A stretch of DNA of 64,000 nucleotides, taken from positions 1 to 64,000 of the forward strand of contig JAAILG010001475.1 of the NCBI GenBank assembly GCA_012026655.1. Reading direction: 5' to 3'. This stretch comes from Hydrolagus affinis (taxonomy: Eukaryota). Position numbers and translations under genes: made by a program. Numbering within the stretch: position 1 is the first letter of the stretch; the number at the start of each line of letters is the position of its first letter. Under the pieces are notes generated by a model. It did no database searches. It was not told where the DNA came from and worked only from the letters and a program-made list of their open reading frames with translations. Positions 63,273-64,000 of this stretch are shown here, one piece after another.

Positions 63273-64000
63273 CTGAAACATTTATCGGACGGACTCTGTG
63301 AATTAACCCTCGCTAAAAGCCTCGCTGTCGTTTTGCGGTGGGTCCGCCACAGTAACTGAATCAGAAAACCTCGACAACAAAAAAATCGGTACAGGAAGGA
63401 AGAACGTAGAGAAATGCAGAGGAAATAAAATAAAGAGCGAGCACGGTTGGTCACAGGTTCAGGTCTCAGGGCTGCCAGGTAGGTTAGATCAGATTCCAGA
63501 TGGACCAATCTGTGCAAAGTCTCACTGCGCGGATATTACTTCAGGATGCATTGATCCGCCAGAATTCATCGCTTGCTATTTCTGTTCCTTTTATTATGAC
63601 CAAAAAGTGTACATTATAGAGAGTAAATGCCAAAAAAAAATGCACACATCTATCTTAAAACACAGCCCTGAGGGTGCACCAAATACAATACCGTTTTGAC
63701 ACCTTTACGATCAACAGCTCAAAACGTGGCTGCATAGAATCGGTCGGTAGCCACTTTACCAGTCCATAAAAATCAACTCACCAAAACAGTGTTTTATACG
63801 AAGCCAAAATGTTTTTCAGTCTAGGCGTATTATTGCAAACATTTTCCTTTCTTCGATGCAATCTGCTTTTCGAAGATCTTTTCCGAATTCTGTTATTCTT
63901 TTTGAAATGTTAATCCTTACAAATTCTTTTTTTTGCCAAGCGTGGCTACGTTATTGGTTACTGCAAACGATATTGTTGCAGTGCTGCCATAATATCGTCA

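Noticed and set aside
63273-63517. N-terminal part of the 125-aa ORF
   Set aside because: Lies upstream of the tttcag acceptor and has no RSRC1 similarity; intronic read-through.
1-64000. Prokaryotic-type systems (CRISPR arrays, operons, defence islands)
   Set aside because: The sequence is clearly a vertebrate intron-rich locus; the dispersed repeats are retroposons without regular repeat-spacer structure.

Overview
AT-rich vertebrate genomic DNA. The repeat repertoire (Deu-domain tRNA-SINEs, L2/CR1 tails, Penelope-type relics) points to a cartilaginous fish, plausibly a chimaera; this is inference. The window lies inside the minus-strand gene RSRC1 (arginine/serine-rich coiled-coil 1, an SR-related splicing factor). 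Three coding exons with canonical AG/GT boundaries and compatible phases are visible: 63144-63272, 33886-34062 and a 37-nt exon at 5117-5153, separated by two ~29-kb introns. The start-codon exon and the 3' exons lie outside the window. The introns contain ~9 near-complete copies and many fragments of a young tRNA(Val)-like SINE, older long Deu-type SINEs, a second ancient SINE family, L2 and CR1 remnants, a TA-flanked Tigger/pogo-like MITE, and two Penelope-type fragments with decayed minimal hammerhead motifs. Several repeat-free, motif-rich blocks look like conserved non-coding elements; in mammals RSRC1 is head-to-head with SHOX2 and its introns hold such elements. Nearly all ORFs in the supplied track are spurious. 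I cannot demonstrate a new biological system here. The best leads are a candidate poison exon/small ORF in a CNE-like block (13478-13708), the hammerhead relics, a recurrent chimeric SINE junction (42104 and 53627) and TALE/HOX/homeodomain motif clusters. Repeat-family names come from recalled consensus sequences and need a RepeatMasker/Dfam check.
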